Positions 10,242 through 21,534 of a stretch of DNA of 64,000 nt are shown here, piece after piece (the stretch's first letter is position 1; every line of letters starts with the position of its first letter). A model generated the notes under the pieces. The model worked only from the letters and a program-made list of their open reading frames with translations. It had not been told where the DNA came from and did no database searches. This DNA is from Schizochytrium sp. TIO01 (lineage: Eukaryota > Protista > Bigyra: Labyrinthulomycetes). Both the position numbers and the translations under genes were made by a program. Location of the stretch: assembly GCA_004764695.1 (NCBI GenBank), contig SMSO01000032.1, positions 5,922,483 to 5,986,482 on the forward strand. Direction: 5' to 3'.

Positions 10242-10880
10242 ATCAATGGTAATAGTTAAGGTGATGTTTCAAAAAAAAAATTAATTTCATTAAGTAGCTT
10301 TCTAGGTCTCGTTCACCCGAGTGTAGATCGACTAGTGGTCGGTAAGATTAGTTAGAGAACTTGGATTCACTCATGGTGTGTTTACTAGCATCGCTGAAGA
10401 GGTTTTTCAAGCTAGATATTTCGACCTTCTGAGAGAAACGGTTTGATTTCTTGTTGGGCTTGATAGGTGCATAGCAGGCCGAGTGTTGGTTGAATGATTT
10501 GGGCTTGACAGGCGTTGATTGGCGGCGGGACTCCATCTTGGTCAGCTTACTCTGTCAAGATTTTTTGTGTTTGTTGAGTTTTGTGATTGGTGTTTGGGTT
10601 TTGTTGATCGGATTTTCATTGTGTCCATTTCAACTATTTTAATCAATGATTTTTTAAAAATGGTCTATGAAAAAGGGGTCTATGAATACTTCTCGAAAAA
10701 ATGCGAGCCTCTGAGACTTTGGGCAAAAAAGGCATGTTGAAGCCTTATGGCCTTTTTTGGAGTCATGCTATTTGACGTGCGCTTGCGCTAATTGTTTCGA
10801 TGTGGGTGTTATAATGCTTTTTTTGGCCCCCGACCGACAAAAATGATAGTTTATAAGTTCTTAAAAAATAGTTTTGATTT

Positions 10881-12290
10881 TTAGTTTGGGAATAACAAGG
10901 TGCTTACAGCGTTACGGAAAGATTCCACACAGATGGTAGCCGCCTCACCAAAGAAGAGGTTGCTGTCATCATCATCCCAAGATAGGTCGTTGACGGTCGA
11001 TTGGTGCTGAACGAGACATGCTGTGTATTGTGTGAATAAATAGAACTGCTCATCTGCCTTAGCGAGGTCTTTCACGGTTTCCAAGCTGAGTTTGGCCTTG
11101 AGGCTTGAAGACAATTTGGCAGTGTCCATCAAAGTGTCAAGAATTGTCTGTTCAATTGATTCATCTGCACGATTGTTGAAGTATCTCATCATCATTGATG
11201 CCAAATAAGCACAGCCAGGCTTATAGAATTCTAGTACTACCTTTTCTAGCTCAGCGTATTCAGTGATGTTGTTATCTTTAACGTACTTTTCGCATGTACG
11301 CGTAAGACTCTGGGTGACCTCATGATATTCAATTGCGTTTACTTTGGACTGGAAATATCTCAAATATTCTTTGAGATCCCTCCGCTTCATAGGTCGAGGC
11401 ATCGTTTTACCTTCTAGACGCGATTTGTAATCCGTGGCATCGCACCGCATCACTGTTAGGGCATCGTTCCTACAGTGTCTGAAGAGTTTGCCTAAAATAT
11501 AGACAGGTGACTTATCCTCAAGTGACTCCTCGGACAAGTCATCGGTCTGCTTCTTGGCCTGCTTCTCCTGCTGGACCTGCTGCTGCTCCTGCGGCTCGAC
11601 CTGCTGCTCGGCCTGCTGCTCGACCGGCTGCTCGACCGGCTGCTCGACCGGCTGCTCCTGCTGCTCGGCCTGCTGGGCCTCCTGCTGGGCCTCCTGCTCG
11701 ACCTGCTGCTGGGCCTCCTGCTCGGCCTGCTGCTGGGCCTCCTGCTCGGCCTGCTGCTGGGCCTCCTGCTCGGCCTCCTGCTCGGACTTGATTTGTTTGA
11801 GCTTGGGCTGAACAGGATGGTCATCCTGGCCATCACAGTCTACCTGGTCCAGCTTGCGCTTCCGTACCTCGACAATTTCAACAAACTGATCATCATCGCT
11901 TTCAAGCTCGGTGTCGTCTCCTTGGCTGCAGCGCGACGCTTGGCTGGATCCGTGTGCAGGTGATTCGCAGACGAACTCAACATCCTGATCCTGGTCATCA
12001 ATGGGGGAGTTGGGGGGTGTGCAAGAAACGAAGTGCACCTCCTCCTCATCGTCCTCCACGCCATTTTCCCGGTTCTGCAGATAAACTCTGAGCATCTCGT
12101 CCTGGGAATGGCTTCCCGGTGCTACTGACGAGGTAATGGGTGAAGCCTGAAGACTGTGCTTGATGATGTTGCGCTTGCGAGGCTCGAAGCCGAGTTGGAG
12201 GAGGTCGCGGGCCCTCAGGTGCATCTGGAGAGCACGGTTGCGAGTAATGATGCCTTGGTAAAGGCGAGCGCGGCTGCGAGTCATAACCAT
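10881..12290 (-). CDS. Hypothetical nuclear-type protein with Q/E/A repeats, SIM-like motifs and NLS
   Basis: 469 aa; MVMTRSRAR N-terminus; EEEVHFV, DQDVEFV, DQFVEIVEV; RKRKL; (EQEAQQQA)n. Confidence 0.85.
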   Translation of the reverse strand: MVMTRSRARLYQGIITRNRALQMHLRARDLLQLGFEPRKRNIIKHSLQASPITSSVAPGSHSQDEMLRVYLQNRENGVEDDEEEVHFVSCTPPNSPIDDQDQDVEFVCESPAHGSSQASRCSQGDDTELESDDDQFVEIVEVRKRKLDQVDCDGQDDHPVQPKLKQIKSEQEAEQEAQQQAEQEAQQQAEQEAQQQVEQEAQQEAQQAEQQEQPVEQPVEQPVEQQAEQQVEPQEQQQVQQEKQAKKQTDDLSEESLEDKSPVYILGKLFRHCRNDALTVMRCDATDYKSRLEGKTMPRPMKRRDLKEYLRYFQSKVNAIEYHEVTQSLTRTCEKYVKDNNITEYAELEKVVLEFYKPGCAYLASMMMRYFNNRADESIEQTILDTLMDTAKLSSSLKAKLSLETVKDLAKADEQFYLFTQYTACLVQHQSTVNDLSWDDDDSNLFFGEAATICVESFRNAVSTLLFPN

Positions 12291-12625
12291 GGTGCCTGGG
12301 TTACTTGGGTTGCTTAGACTGCTTGAGTTGCTTACGGTGACTGGGTGAAGTGTTTTGGTTTTGCTGCTTCAGAAGTTTTGGTTTTGCTTTGCTGATGTTT
12401 TGGTTTTGCTTTGCTGGTGTTTTGGTTTGATTCGTGATTAAATAGCGTGTTGTTGAGTGTTAGTATTACATATAGTGTATTCATAAGAAGTATGTTTAAT
12501 AATTCATATTCATAGTGGATATCTTCTATGGATAAAAGTAAGTCGTGTACTATATTAGTGTATCTATAATAATATTCACTATCAAAATAATGTTTACTTT
12601 TCAACTGAATAAAGGATTGGAATGG

Positions 12626-12989
12626 AAGCCAGTCTTAAACTTAGCTTAGTCTGTGAAGTTGTTTCTGGTAAAGGTTGAGAGCATATCAATCATGGTAAAA
12701 GAAAGGCGTAGTGCTTAGCTATCAGAGGTAGTGGTGCTAGAAACTTCCTCGGACGCTCCTCCGCTTCCCCCGCGTTGCGTTTGATTGCGCGTGTGATTCA
12801 AGCCAGTCTTAGGCTTAGCTTAGTCTGTGAAGTTGTTTCTGGTTAAGGTTGAGAGTAAATCAATCATGGTAAAAGAAAGGCGTAGTGCGTAGCTATCAGA
12901 GGTAGTGGTGCTAGAAACTTCCTCGGACGCTCCTCCGCTTCCCCCGCGTTGCGTTTGATTGCGCGTGTGATTCAAGCCTGTCTTAGGCT
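12626..12989. repeat. 174-bp tandem duplication (2 copies plus a stub)
   Basis: aagccagtctta...gcgcgtgtgattc at 12626 and 12800; stub at 12974. Confidence 0.95.
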
Positions 12990-13159
12990 GTCGCTTGATG
13001 CGCTATAATTGATCGAGTATTCCCGGGCCTTTATTCTAGAACTCCCGATACACGTTTTGGAAGATTTGTGATGGAATATAAGTCAAGGATATAGGGAGTG
13101 AAATGAAAAGAAATGTAGATGAAATTCATTACCTGTTTAAAGAAAAGAAAACTTGGTTT

Positions 13160-13927
13160 TCAGTTGTCCATTCTAATTTGTTGGGGAAAGAGTTCACACC
13201 AGTTGAATGCAAAACGCGTGACGATTGCGTACATGTGCTTATCACCAAATGTAAAAGTGCTAGATGGTAAAATAGACGTGTAATCATCTGGTGTAAGAAC
13301 AATTGCATCTAAGAAATGAATGGTCATTTCTAGCAAAGCTTCCGTCCGTAGATCGTGTACAGCTTTGTAGACGTTTTCAAATTCTTTAAGTTCTGGAAAC
13401 TTATATCTTCCAAAAGCCACCCACAGTCCTTGAATCGCGCTCTTCTTAAGAAGGTTGTTATACTCGAAAAGGTGGATTTCGACGAGCTCATCAGCTCCAC
13501 TCATACTTCCTATCACACCCGCCTTTTGAGTGAGTTCAGCACTCTTCTGCATCAGAAGTGCAGCAACAATGGCCCTGGCTATCATGTAAGGGTCGGTAAC
13601 AAAGTTCAAATCCTCGGATCCTGTGGCGCATTTGAAGTAGGGGGAGAAATTGCCCGCTGTGATTCGGTCTATGAACAGTTGCATTGCATCTAAGGCTTCA
13701 CCCGTGGTGTAACTTGTTTTTTCTTTACTTGGCGGAGATGTTCGGATGCGGTCGTAAAAACAGGCTCGGAGGCGTTCATTCTGTTCCTCCGAGCATGGTT
13801 CAACAGAGAAGCGTTCATCTGATAAAATGTCGTCAATCTCATGATCTCCAGATGATAATGATGACATATAACCATCACTACTTTGATCGTATGTGCCATC
13901 ATAATCATCTTTTTTAGAGAATTGCAT
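13160..13927 (-). CDS. Hypothetical protein, possible distant member of the 14.4-21 kb paralog family
   Basis: 255 aa; C-terminal DYTSILP...TRFAFNWCELF resembles NLTSLIP...ADYAKEWNRQL. Confidence 0.75.
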   Translation of the reverse strand: MQFSKKDDYDGTYDQSSDGYMSSLSSGDHEIDDILSDERFSVEPCSEEQNERLRACFYDRIRTSPPSKEKTSYTTGEALDAMQLFIDRITAGNFSPYFKCATGSEDLNFVTDPYMIARAIVAALLMQKSAELTQKAGVIGSMSGADELVEIHLFEYNNLLKKSAIQGLWVAFGRYKFPELKEFENVYKAVHDLRTEALLEMTIHFLDAIVLTPDDYTSILPSSTFTFGDKHMYAIVTRFAFNWCELFPQQIRMDN

Positions 13928-14160
13928 CGTTTCGACAGTGCAGACTAAGACTCACGTTTAAAGTATTGGTTGCTTGATATTTTGGTTTTGTTAACGCGAG
14001 TGTTTTGGATTTGCTGAGCTGATTTGAGTTGATTGAATGTCAACTAAGAGAAAGAATACCAAAAGATAAATACTTCATTGTTCTTTTCTTGTTCTTCGAG
14101 AACACGGTTGACCCAAGGTGAGTTCCGCGGAAAGTTTCATCATTTGGGGTGGGTATAATA

Positions 14161-14371
14161 GGGGGGTAGGGTGTAATTTAGTGTAAGGTCCTGTGAAGAC
14201 TTTCTCAGATGACAAAGTACTGACAAGACTTCGGGTCTTCAGAAAAAAGGTCACTGAGAGGGGTTTTCAAACCAAAACGCCGCAGAAAATCTAGATAGTG
14301 ACCCTTGCACAAAAAAAATAGGTATCGCTTTTATCGCTTTTATCGCTTTTATCGCTTTTATTAGGGGGGTA
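14161..14371 (+). repeat. G-run-bounded ~205-bp element, copy 1 (type A)
   Basis: GGGGGGTA...ttttcaaaccaaaacgccgcagaaaatctagatagtgacccttgcac A8 taggt (atcgctttt)4 atta GGGGGGTA. Confidence 0.95.
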
Positions 14372-14455
14372 TGCAAGACGTTTGGAAATAATGGAGAACA
14401 ATTTTATTTTAATTTTTTTTTACAAATTATCAATGTATAAGGTTTAGATGCATGT

Positions 14456-15112
14456 CTACTTGGATGCATAGAGGGCTTTTTGGAGCTGTCGGTTCCACTC
14501 TTTGGCATAATCGGCGATCGTACCGGGTTCGTTGTTCGGCGGAATCAGAGAAGTGAGGTTCTTGTACAAAAAGATAGAAAGAAGCGTTTGGTACACAGTA
14601 GAAACCAGTGGGCAGAGCTTGAAATCCGGATCGAAGACCTCTGCAATGTTGAATTTATTATAGCCCTCCCCACCCCGGGTCCTTCTATTGATCAGCACAC
14701 CTGTCATGGCCTGAGCAAAGCTCGTTATGCGCTCTGTATCTCTACCTTTACCCGAGACAAAGAAGGAACCTTCGCCGAGGAAAGCTTTCCTTTCATTGGC
14801 AAGGAACTCGAAAATCATGTATGCTACAGCCGGGTAGGTGAACTTCATAGCATGGCCGGACACAGAGAGGCGACTCAGTACTCTCCGGAAGGTGTGAATT
14901 TGCCTTTTGATATGCATAGACGTGTCACCACGAGGGGTAATCGCAAATGCCTCCATAGCCTTATAGTCGGAAGCATAGAGCTTGAGCTCGCGGCACATGA
15001 CGGTCTCCATGGTATTAAGATGCAGTTGGCGAGAACGGCGCGGACGGAAGCTGTAAGAGCCCTCCCGGCTAATCTGCGCCCGTCGAACGACCTTAGAGTT
15101 CATTGCAGTCAT
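14456..15112 (-). CDS. Hypothetical protein, paralog of 16092..16739
   Basis: Shared ELKL(Y/H)ASDY, YPAVA(Y/H)MIF, KLCPLV, YAKEWNRQ..ALYASK. Confidence 0.85.
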   Translation of the reverse strand: MTAMNSKVVRRAQISREGSYSFRPRRSRQLHLNTMETVMCRELKLYASDYKAMEAFAITPRGDTSMHIKRQIHTFRRVLSRLSVSGHAMKFTYPAVAYMIFEFLANERKAFLGEGSFFVSGKGRDTERITSFAQAMTGVLINRRTRGGEGYNKFNIAEVFDPDFKLCPLVSTVYQTLLSIFLYKNLTSLIPPNNEPGTIADYAKEWNRQLQKALYASK

Positions 15113-15808
15113 CCTTACTGTTATTGATAAGCTACGCTAGGCCTCGGTGATCTTTGGTGTTTTGGTTTTGCTGGTTTGGTGTTTTGGTTTTGCATCACTA
15201 TGTTGATTATTATTTGGCAATTTGCGGCCGCATCGCTGCGCCGTGGATTCCAGTGCATAATTTCCAGTGCGAAAATTCCGGTGCAAAAATTCCAGTGCAA
15301 AAATTCCAGTGCAGGCTGCTAAGACAGGTTTCAAGTATAAGTCGCCATTATATGATTGTGATATGACTAGTATTTACGTATAGTTTATGGTAACCGTAGA
15401 TCTTTCCGGAATAGCTGAAACTTCCAGGAACCTTCTGATAAATGCCAAACGTCGGGAACAAACAGAATAGCACCGATCGGAGAGTGGGGCGAGGGTTAGG
15501 GTAGAGGCTGTGTTGAAAATGTGTTGTTCAGGAATTTCCTTGTCATACCGGGAGTCCTTATCTATATAAGCTACAGTTTGAAGCAAGGCAATGATGATGG
15601 ACTTCGTGATAGGACCGCCTTTGGAATCCAATACCTTGAAAGTATCATTAGGCGTTGAGTTCGATTCCCATTTCTTCAGATTTATTTTCCCCTCCCCTTT
15701 TTCTCTTTGAGAAACACTCGCGCGTGTCACCACCTGCTCTAAGAACCGCATATAGATAGCAATCGTCGCGGGGTGGGAGGGGGGGCATTATGATTTTCTT
15801 TGTTTTTA

Positions 15809-16016
15809 GGGGGTAGGGTGTAATTTAGTGTAAGGTCATGTGAAGACTTTCTCGGATGACAAAGTACTGACAAGACTTGGGGTCTTCAGAAAAAGGTCAC
15901 TGAGAGGGGTTTTCAAACCAAAACGCCGCAGAAAATCTAGATAGTGACCCTTGTGCAAAAAAATTAGATATCGCTTTTATCGCTTTTATCGCTTTTATCG
16001 CTTTTATTAGGGGGTA
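15809..16016 (+). repeat. G-run-bounded element, copy 2 (type A)
   Basis: Same core, (atcgctttt)4, GGGGGTA at both ends. Confidence 0.95.
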
Positions 16017-16091
16017 GATGGGACGTTTGGTAATATGAAATAGTATTAAGAGAAACAAATATTGATGTATAACGTTTAGATACCTGCATGT

Positions 16092-16739
16092 CTACTTGGA
16101 TGCATAGAGGGCTTGTTGGAACTGGCGGTTCCACTCTTTGGCGTATGCGGCGATTGTAACGGGTCGGTTGTTGGGTGGAATCAAAGAAGCGAGGTCCTTG
16201 TACAAAAGCATGGACAGAAGCGTTTGATATACAGTGGTAACCAGTGGGCAGAGCTTGGAACCCGGATGGAAGACCTCCTCGATTGTATGTGGGTTGTAGA
16301 CTGCCTTATAATCGATCGTTTTCCCAATCATATGGCACAGCATCATCTGTGCACAGCTCGTTTTGCGCTCTGTATCCTCGTCTTTACCGGAGACAAAGAT
16401 GGAGCCTTCACTGAGGAAAGTATCCCTTTCCTCGGCAAGGAGCGTGAAGATCATGTGCGCTACAGCCGGGTAGGCGATCTTGGCAGCGTAGCCGGGTAGA
16501 TGGAGGGTCCTTAGTACTCCCTGGAAGGCCTGGACTTGACTCTTGATGTGCATACACGCGCTACGGTCGAGGGTCATCGCGAATGCCTCCATCAAATCGT
16601 AGTCGGAGGCGTGCAGCTTGAGCTCGATGTACGTGACGGTCTGCGCGCTTTCCAGGTGCGAGGGGATAGAGTGGCGCGGAAACAGCCCATAATAGCCCTC
16701 CGAATCGAGGTTCGACCGTTCAAAGAGGTGCTCCTGCAT
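16092..16739 (-). CDS. Hypothetical protein, paralog of 14456..15112
   Basis: Protein and DNA similarity along most of its length. Confidence 0.85.
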   Translation of the reverse strand: MQEHLFERSNLDSEGYYGLFPRHSIPSHLESAQTVTYIELKLHASDYDLMEAFAMTLDRSACMHIKSQVQAFQGVLRTLHLPGYAAKIAYPAVAHMIFTLLAEERDTFLSEGSIFVSGKDEDTERKTSCAQMMLCHMIGKTIDYKAVYNPHTIEEVFHPGSKLCPLVTTVYQTLLSMLLYKDLASLIPPNNRPVTIAAYAKEWNRQFQQALYASK

Positions 16740-17091
16740 TGTTGATAAGTTACGGTAGGTCTTGGTTTTGCCTTACTGATGTTTTGGTTTTGCTTTGTTG
16801 GTGTTTCGGTTTTGCTTTGTTGGTGTTTTGGTTTTGCTTTGTTGGTGTTTTGGTTTTGCTTTGCTTTGTTATTCTGATTTGCCAAAAGTTTACGGCCGTA
16901 TCGCCGCGTAGGAAGGGGGGTTCTAGCGAGACCGGTAAGGTTGACACCTACTTCACTCAATAAATGCCGCAGGTAAGTGGGTGAGTTTGAAGCTTAGGTG
17001 CGTCAAGTAGCACCAAGAATTTTCTGAGAATTTCCATAACCGGTAGTAATCAAATGTCCGCGTGGTTCCTTTCAGTACCGACTTAATACTA

Positions 17092-17190
17092 AGCAAGAGT
17101 TCCAGTGCAAGAGTTCCAGTGCAAGAGTTCCAGCGCAAGAGTTCCAGTGCAAGAGTTCCAGCGCAAGAGTTCCAGCGCAAAGATTCCAGC
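17092..17190. repeat. 14-bp tandem repeat (gcaagagttccag[t/c])n; related TTCCAGTGC array at 15248-15313
   Basis: About 7 units visible. Confidence 0.9.
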
Positions 17191-17696
17191 ACGAGTCGCA
17201 TTTACATGATTGTGATATGACTAGTATTTACGTATAGTTTATGGTAACCGTTGATCTTTCCGGAATAGCTGAAACTTCCAGGAACCTTCTGATAAATGTC
17301 AAACGTCGGGAACAAACAGAATAGCACCGATCGGAGAGTGGCCAAACGTCGGGAACAAACAGAATAGCACCGATCGGAGAGTGGGGCGAGGGTTAGGGTA
17401 GAGGCTAAGTTGAAAATGGGTTGTCCAGTCAATTGTTGTGATGCTGGGTGTGTCCTTATCTATAAAAGGTACAGTGGATGGGTAGCAACAATAATCGTGT
17501 TAGAACCAGGACAGCCTTTTGTATGAAATAATTGGAAATGACTGTCAGGCATTGAGTTCGATTCTCGTCACTCCAAATTTATTTCCCCCTTCCTTTTCCT
17601 CTGTCACAGACACTCACACGCACCGCGACCTACTATAATACTTGCATATAGTAGCAGATAGCAAGCCGTCCTGATATTTTTTTGTGTTGGTTTTTA

Positions 17697-17906
17697 GGGG
17701 GGTAGATTACAATTTGGTCTTAGGTTCTGTGAAGACTTTCTCATTTGACAAAGTACTGACAAGACTTTGCGTATTCAGAAAAAGGCCGCTGAGGGGGGTT
17801 TTCAAACCAAAACGCCGCAGAAAATCTAGATAGTGACCCTTGCACAAAAAAAATAGGTATCGCTTTTATCGCTTTTATCGCTTTTATCGCTTTTATTCGG
17901 GGGGTA
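17697..17906 (+). repeat. G-run-bounded element, copy 3 (type A)
   Basis: Same core, (atcgctttt)4. Confidence 0.95.
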
Positions 17907-17969
17907 GATGGGACGTTTGGAAAATATTGGAGAAGAGAACAATTTTTTTTTAAAGAAGGAAGTCTCTAT

Positions 17970-19007
17970 CTAGTCATTTTTTTTACTGTCGTAAGTGTAA
18001 ATCATCTCATTCTGATACTCCTCATACCACACCTGAGTATAGATAGCATGATTAAGATCATTAGAGAGTGTGTGGAGAATCGTCGTAAAATGCTCATAAT
18101 CCAGAAATATGACGAGTACAAAGTACATTACACGAATCATGCTGTTTCTTGTTGAGTATAGCCGATTAACTACGTGCATGGAATCCCCAACATGTTCCCC
18201 GCCAGGCAAGATCTCCAGCCGTAAGATCCGCAGAACCATTTTTTTGAGCAGATCGACCCGCAGTTCCGGACGGCAATTTTTTAATTCATAAATAGTATTG
18301 CGGATTAGGTCCCGGTGGTGTGTCACGAGCTTCATACATAAAAAGACCACGCCGATGAGCCCAGGACCCAGTCCGTGCATTTCAACACCACCTGTGCTAT
18401 GTAAGTGTGCAAACCTACGCGCAGTCCTTCGAATGAGGAAGTAAATCTCACTTGCGCCGTCTGGCTGTTTGGACTGCAGCATACTGCAGCATTCTCTGGT
18501 GGCCAACCTCACTTTTTCGTTAACAAATTTCACAATGTCCTGCTCTGTGATATTCGCTGGACGAAGACATTTCCCCGGCCGAGGGCACTTTTCAAGAGTT
18601 ATGTCCTCACGGGGGCGCTTTTCGGAAGTACGTAGCGCAGAGACAGCCTTCTTTGCGACCTCCGCACTAACCTTGATGGACTTACTCAGGGTTCCGGGGC
18701 TTTTAAGCTTAGCCTCAATCATATTTAGGAGGATGGTTCGGAGGGCCTCGGACATGGCAGTAGAGCGAATGTGCGAGCTAGAAGGGCCGCTGGTGATACC
18801 CGTGGTAGAAGTAATGGTAGGAGTAGAAGTAGCAGTCACAGTAGTACCCGTGGTAGAAGTGGTGGTAGGGGTAGTAGCATTGGTAGCATTAGGAGTAACA
18901 GTGGCAGCACTGGTCGTAGTTGTTGTACCCGGGGTAGGAGTAGCCGTAGAAGTGGCAGTAGGCTTCAGACTCTTACTCTTAGACGTAGATTTAGGGAAAG
19001 GCGGCAT
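17970..19007 (-). CDS. Hypothetical protein with a Thr-rich N-terminus, paralog of 19943..21073
   Basis: Shared MPPFP.STSKSKSLKP, EKRPREDITLEK, HGLGPGL, LPGGEHVGDS, NHAIYTQ.WYEEYQ. Confidence 0.85.
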   Translation of the reverse strand: MPPFPKSTSKSKSLKPTATSTATPTPGTTTTTSAATVTPNATNATTPTTTSTTGTTVTATSTPTITSTTGITSGPSSSHIRSTAMSEALRTILLNMIEAKLKSPGTLSKSIKVSAEVAKKAVSALRTSEKRPREDITLEKCPRPGKCLRPANITEQDIVKFVNEKVRLATRECCSMLQSKQPDGASEIYFLIRRTARRFAHLHSTGGVEMHGLGPGLIGVVFLCMKLVTHHRDLIRNTIYELKNCRPELRVDLLKKMVLRILRLEILPGGEHVGDSMHVVNRLYSTRNSMIRVMYFVLVIFLDYEHFTTILHTLSNDLNHAIYTQVWYEEYQNEMIYTYDSKKND

Positions 19008-19471
19008 ATTGAAAGTCGGTTTCTAGCTTCTTGGGGAACAGAAGGCTGATCCGTGCTACTGCGTATCCGCTTACTTTGTTTTTATTCTTTCGCTGGTTAG
19101 CGTTTTGGTTTTGCCACCCGAAATGGTGGAACCTCTGTTTGAATTCCGGTTTTCATCAGTCACGGTCGCATTGTTACAATCATTAGATACATGTAAGCAA
19201 GAGTTCTCTCGGAGCGCATTAGGAATAACGTTGAGTGTAGTGCTAATCAGCAGGCCCTCTCGAACAAGTGCAACTTCCAGGAACAATCTGTCAAGTATCG
19301 GGGACAACTTAAATTAGACCGACACCGGGCGAGCGCTCGATTGCGTCGTCCTCTCAGTGGGAGAGTTAGGGTTAGGGTAAAGTCAGAAAACAGCGAGTGA
19401 AGTCGGGTTGCTCAGAGCGCCCTGTTTATGAAAATGGGTTGCGCACACATCTCCAAGTTTTTGTCTTGTTA

Positions 19472-19866
19472 GGGGGGGTAGGGTGTGATTTGATACAGGG
19501 TCTTGTGGAGACTTTGTCAAATGGCAAGGTGCTGTCAAGACTTTGAGTATTCAAATAAAGCTCACTGAGGGGGGTTTTCAAACCAAAACGCCGCAGAAAA
19601 ACTAGATAGTGACCCTTGCACAAAAAAAAGAGGTATCGCTTTTATCGCTTTTATCGCTTTTATCGCTTTTATTAGGGGGGTATGGTGTAATTTAGTGTAA
19701 GGTCACGAGGAGACTTTGTCAAATGACAAGGTGCTGACAAGACTTTGAGTATTCGGATAAAGGTCTTTGTGAGGGGTTTTCAAACCAAAACGCTGCAGAA
19801 AATCTAGATAGTGACCCTTGCAGAAAAAAATTAGGTATCGCTTAAATCGCTTTTATTCGGCTGGTA
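19472..19866 (+). repeat. G-run-bounded element, head-to-tail copies 4 (19472-19682) and 5 (19675-19866) sharing one GGGGGGTA junction
   Basis: Two consecutive cores; copy 5 has only 2 partly degenerate atcgctt units and a degenerate right G-run. Confidence 0.95.
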
Positions 19867-19942
19867 TTCAAGATGTTTTAAAGAAATAGCGGAGAAGAGA
19901 ACAATTTTTAAATTTTCTTTTTAAGAAGGATATCCCTAGTCA

Positions 19943-21073
19943 TTAATCACTTGCGTATAAGTAAGTTATCTCACTCTGATACTCCTCATACCACAACTGG
20001 GTATAGATAGCATGATTACGATCATTATGGAGTGTGTGGAGGATCGCCGGGAAATCTTTACATTTCAGAAATATGAGGAATGCAAAGTACATTACGCGAA
20101 CCGTGCTGTTTTTGGTTAAGTATACCCGATTAAGCGCGTTTGCGGAATCCCCAACATGTTCCCCACCAGGCAACATCTCCTGCCGTAAGAGCCGTACACC
20201 CATTTTTTTGATCAGGCCGAACCGCGCTTCCCGGCTGTAAGTTCGTACTTCATTAAGAGTACCACGGATTATATCCCAGTGACGTGTCATCATCTTCATA
20301 CATAAAAAGATCACGCCGGCGAGCCCAGGACCCAGTCCATGCGTTTTCAAAGTACCTAAACTCTGTACGTGCGCAAAGCAACTCGCAGTCCTTCGAATGA
20401 GGAAGTAAATCTCAATTGCACCGTCTGGCCGTTTAGGCTGCACGATACTGCAGTATTCTTCGGTGGCCAACCTCACTTTTTCGTCAAAAAATCTCACAAT
20501 GTCCTGCTCTGTGATATTCGCTGGACGAAGACATTTACCTGGCCGAGGGCTCTTTTCAAGGGTTATGTCCTCACGGGGGCGCTTTTCGTTAGTACGCGGC
20601 ACCAAGGTAGTCTTCTTTGCGACCTCCGCACTAATCTTGACGGGCTTACTCGGGGTTGCGGTAGTTCTAAGCTTAGCCTCAATCAGATTTAGGATGACAG
20701 TTCGGAGGGCCTCAGACATGGCAGTAGAGCGAATGGGTGGGCTAGAAGGGCCACTGGAGAGAGTCCTGGGAATCGCGATACTCGTAGTATGCATAGGAGT
20801 AGAAGTAGCAGTCACAGTAGCAGCACTGGTAATGGCGGTACCCGTGGTACAAGGAATGATAGGAGTAGAAGTAGCAGTCACAGTAGCAGCACTGGTAACG
20901 GTGGTGCCCGTGGCCCCAGTGGTAGAAGCAATGGCAGGGGTAGTAGCACTAGGAGCATTAGTAGTAACAGTAACATCACTGGTAGTAGTTATACCCGTGG
21001 TAGGAGTAGCCGTAGAAGTAGCAGAAGGCTTCAGGCTCTTACTCTTAGACGTAGATTCAGGGAAAGGCGGCAT
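19943..21073 (-). CDS. Hypothetical protein with a Thr-rich N-terminus, paralog of 17970..19007
   Basis: Similarity throughout; upstream DNA is also duplicated (19008-19470 vs 21074-21534). Confidence 0.85.
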   Translation of the reverse strand: MPPFPESTSKSKSLKPSATSTATPTTGITTTSDVTVTTNAPSATTPAIASTTGATGTTVTSAATVTATSTPIIPCTTGTAITSAATVTATSTPMHTTSIAIPRTLSSGPSSPPIRSTAMSEALRTVILNLIEAKLRTTATPSKPVKISAEVAKKTTLVPRTNEKRPREDITLEKSPRPGKCLRPANITEQDIVRFFDEKVRLATEEYCSIVQPKRPDGAIEIYFLIRRTASCFAHVQSLGTLKTHGLGPGLAGVIFLCMKMMTRHWDIIRGTLNEVRTYSREARFGLIKKMGVRLLRQEMLPGGEHVGDSANALNRVYLTKNSTVRVMYFAFLIFLKCKDFPAILHTLHNDRNHAIYTQLWYEEYQSEITYLYASD

Positions 21074-21534
21074 ATTGAAAGTCGGTTTCTAGCTTCTTGG
21101 GTAAAAGAAGGCTGACCCGTGCTACTGCGTATGCGCTTACTTTGTTTTTATTCTTTCGCTCGCTGGTTAGCGTTTTGGTTTTGCCACCCGAATGGTGGAA
21201 CCTCTGTTTGAATTCCGGTTTTCATCAGTCACGGTCGCATTGTTACAATCATTAGATACATGTAAGCAAGAGTTCTCTCGGAGCGCATTAGGAATAACGT
21301 TGAGTGTAGTGCTAATCACCAGACCCTCTCGAACAAGTGCAACTTCCAGGAACAATCTATCACGTATCGGGGACAACTGAAGTAAGACCGATCCCAGATG
21401 AGCACTCGATTGCGTCGTCCTCTCAGTGGTAGGGTTAGGGTAAAGTATGAAAGTAACGAGTGAAGTCGGGTTGCCCATAGCGTCTTGTTTATGAAAGTGG
21501 GTTGCGCACACATCTCCGAGTTTTGGTTTTGTTC

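Noticed and set aside
14161-14371. Element as a classical MITE or SINE
   Set aside because: No terminal inverted repeats, no variable TSD, no clear Pol III A/B boxes, and orientation is strongly non-random
15374-15751. 125-aa ORF in the cassette upstream region
   Set aside because: The frame is not preserved in the paralogous region 17202-17670, so it is probably non-coding
18469-21115. Long antisense V-rich and S/R-rich ORFs (also those opposite 5157-5585, 11507-11811, 14480-15127, 48352-48822, 62789-63079)
   Set aside because: Shadows of repetitive or biased sense-strand genes
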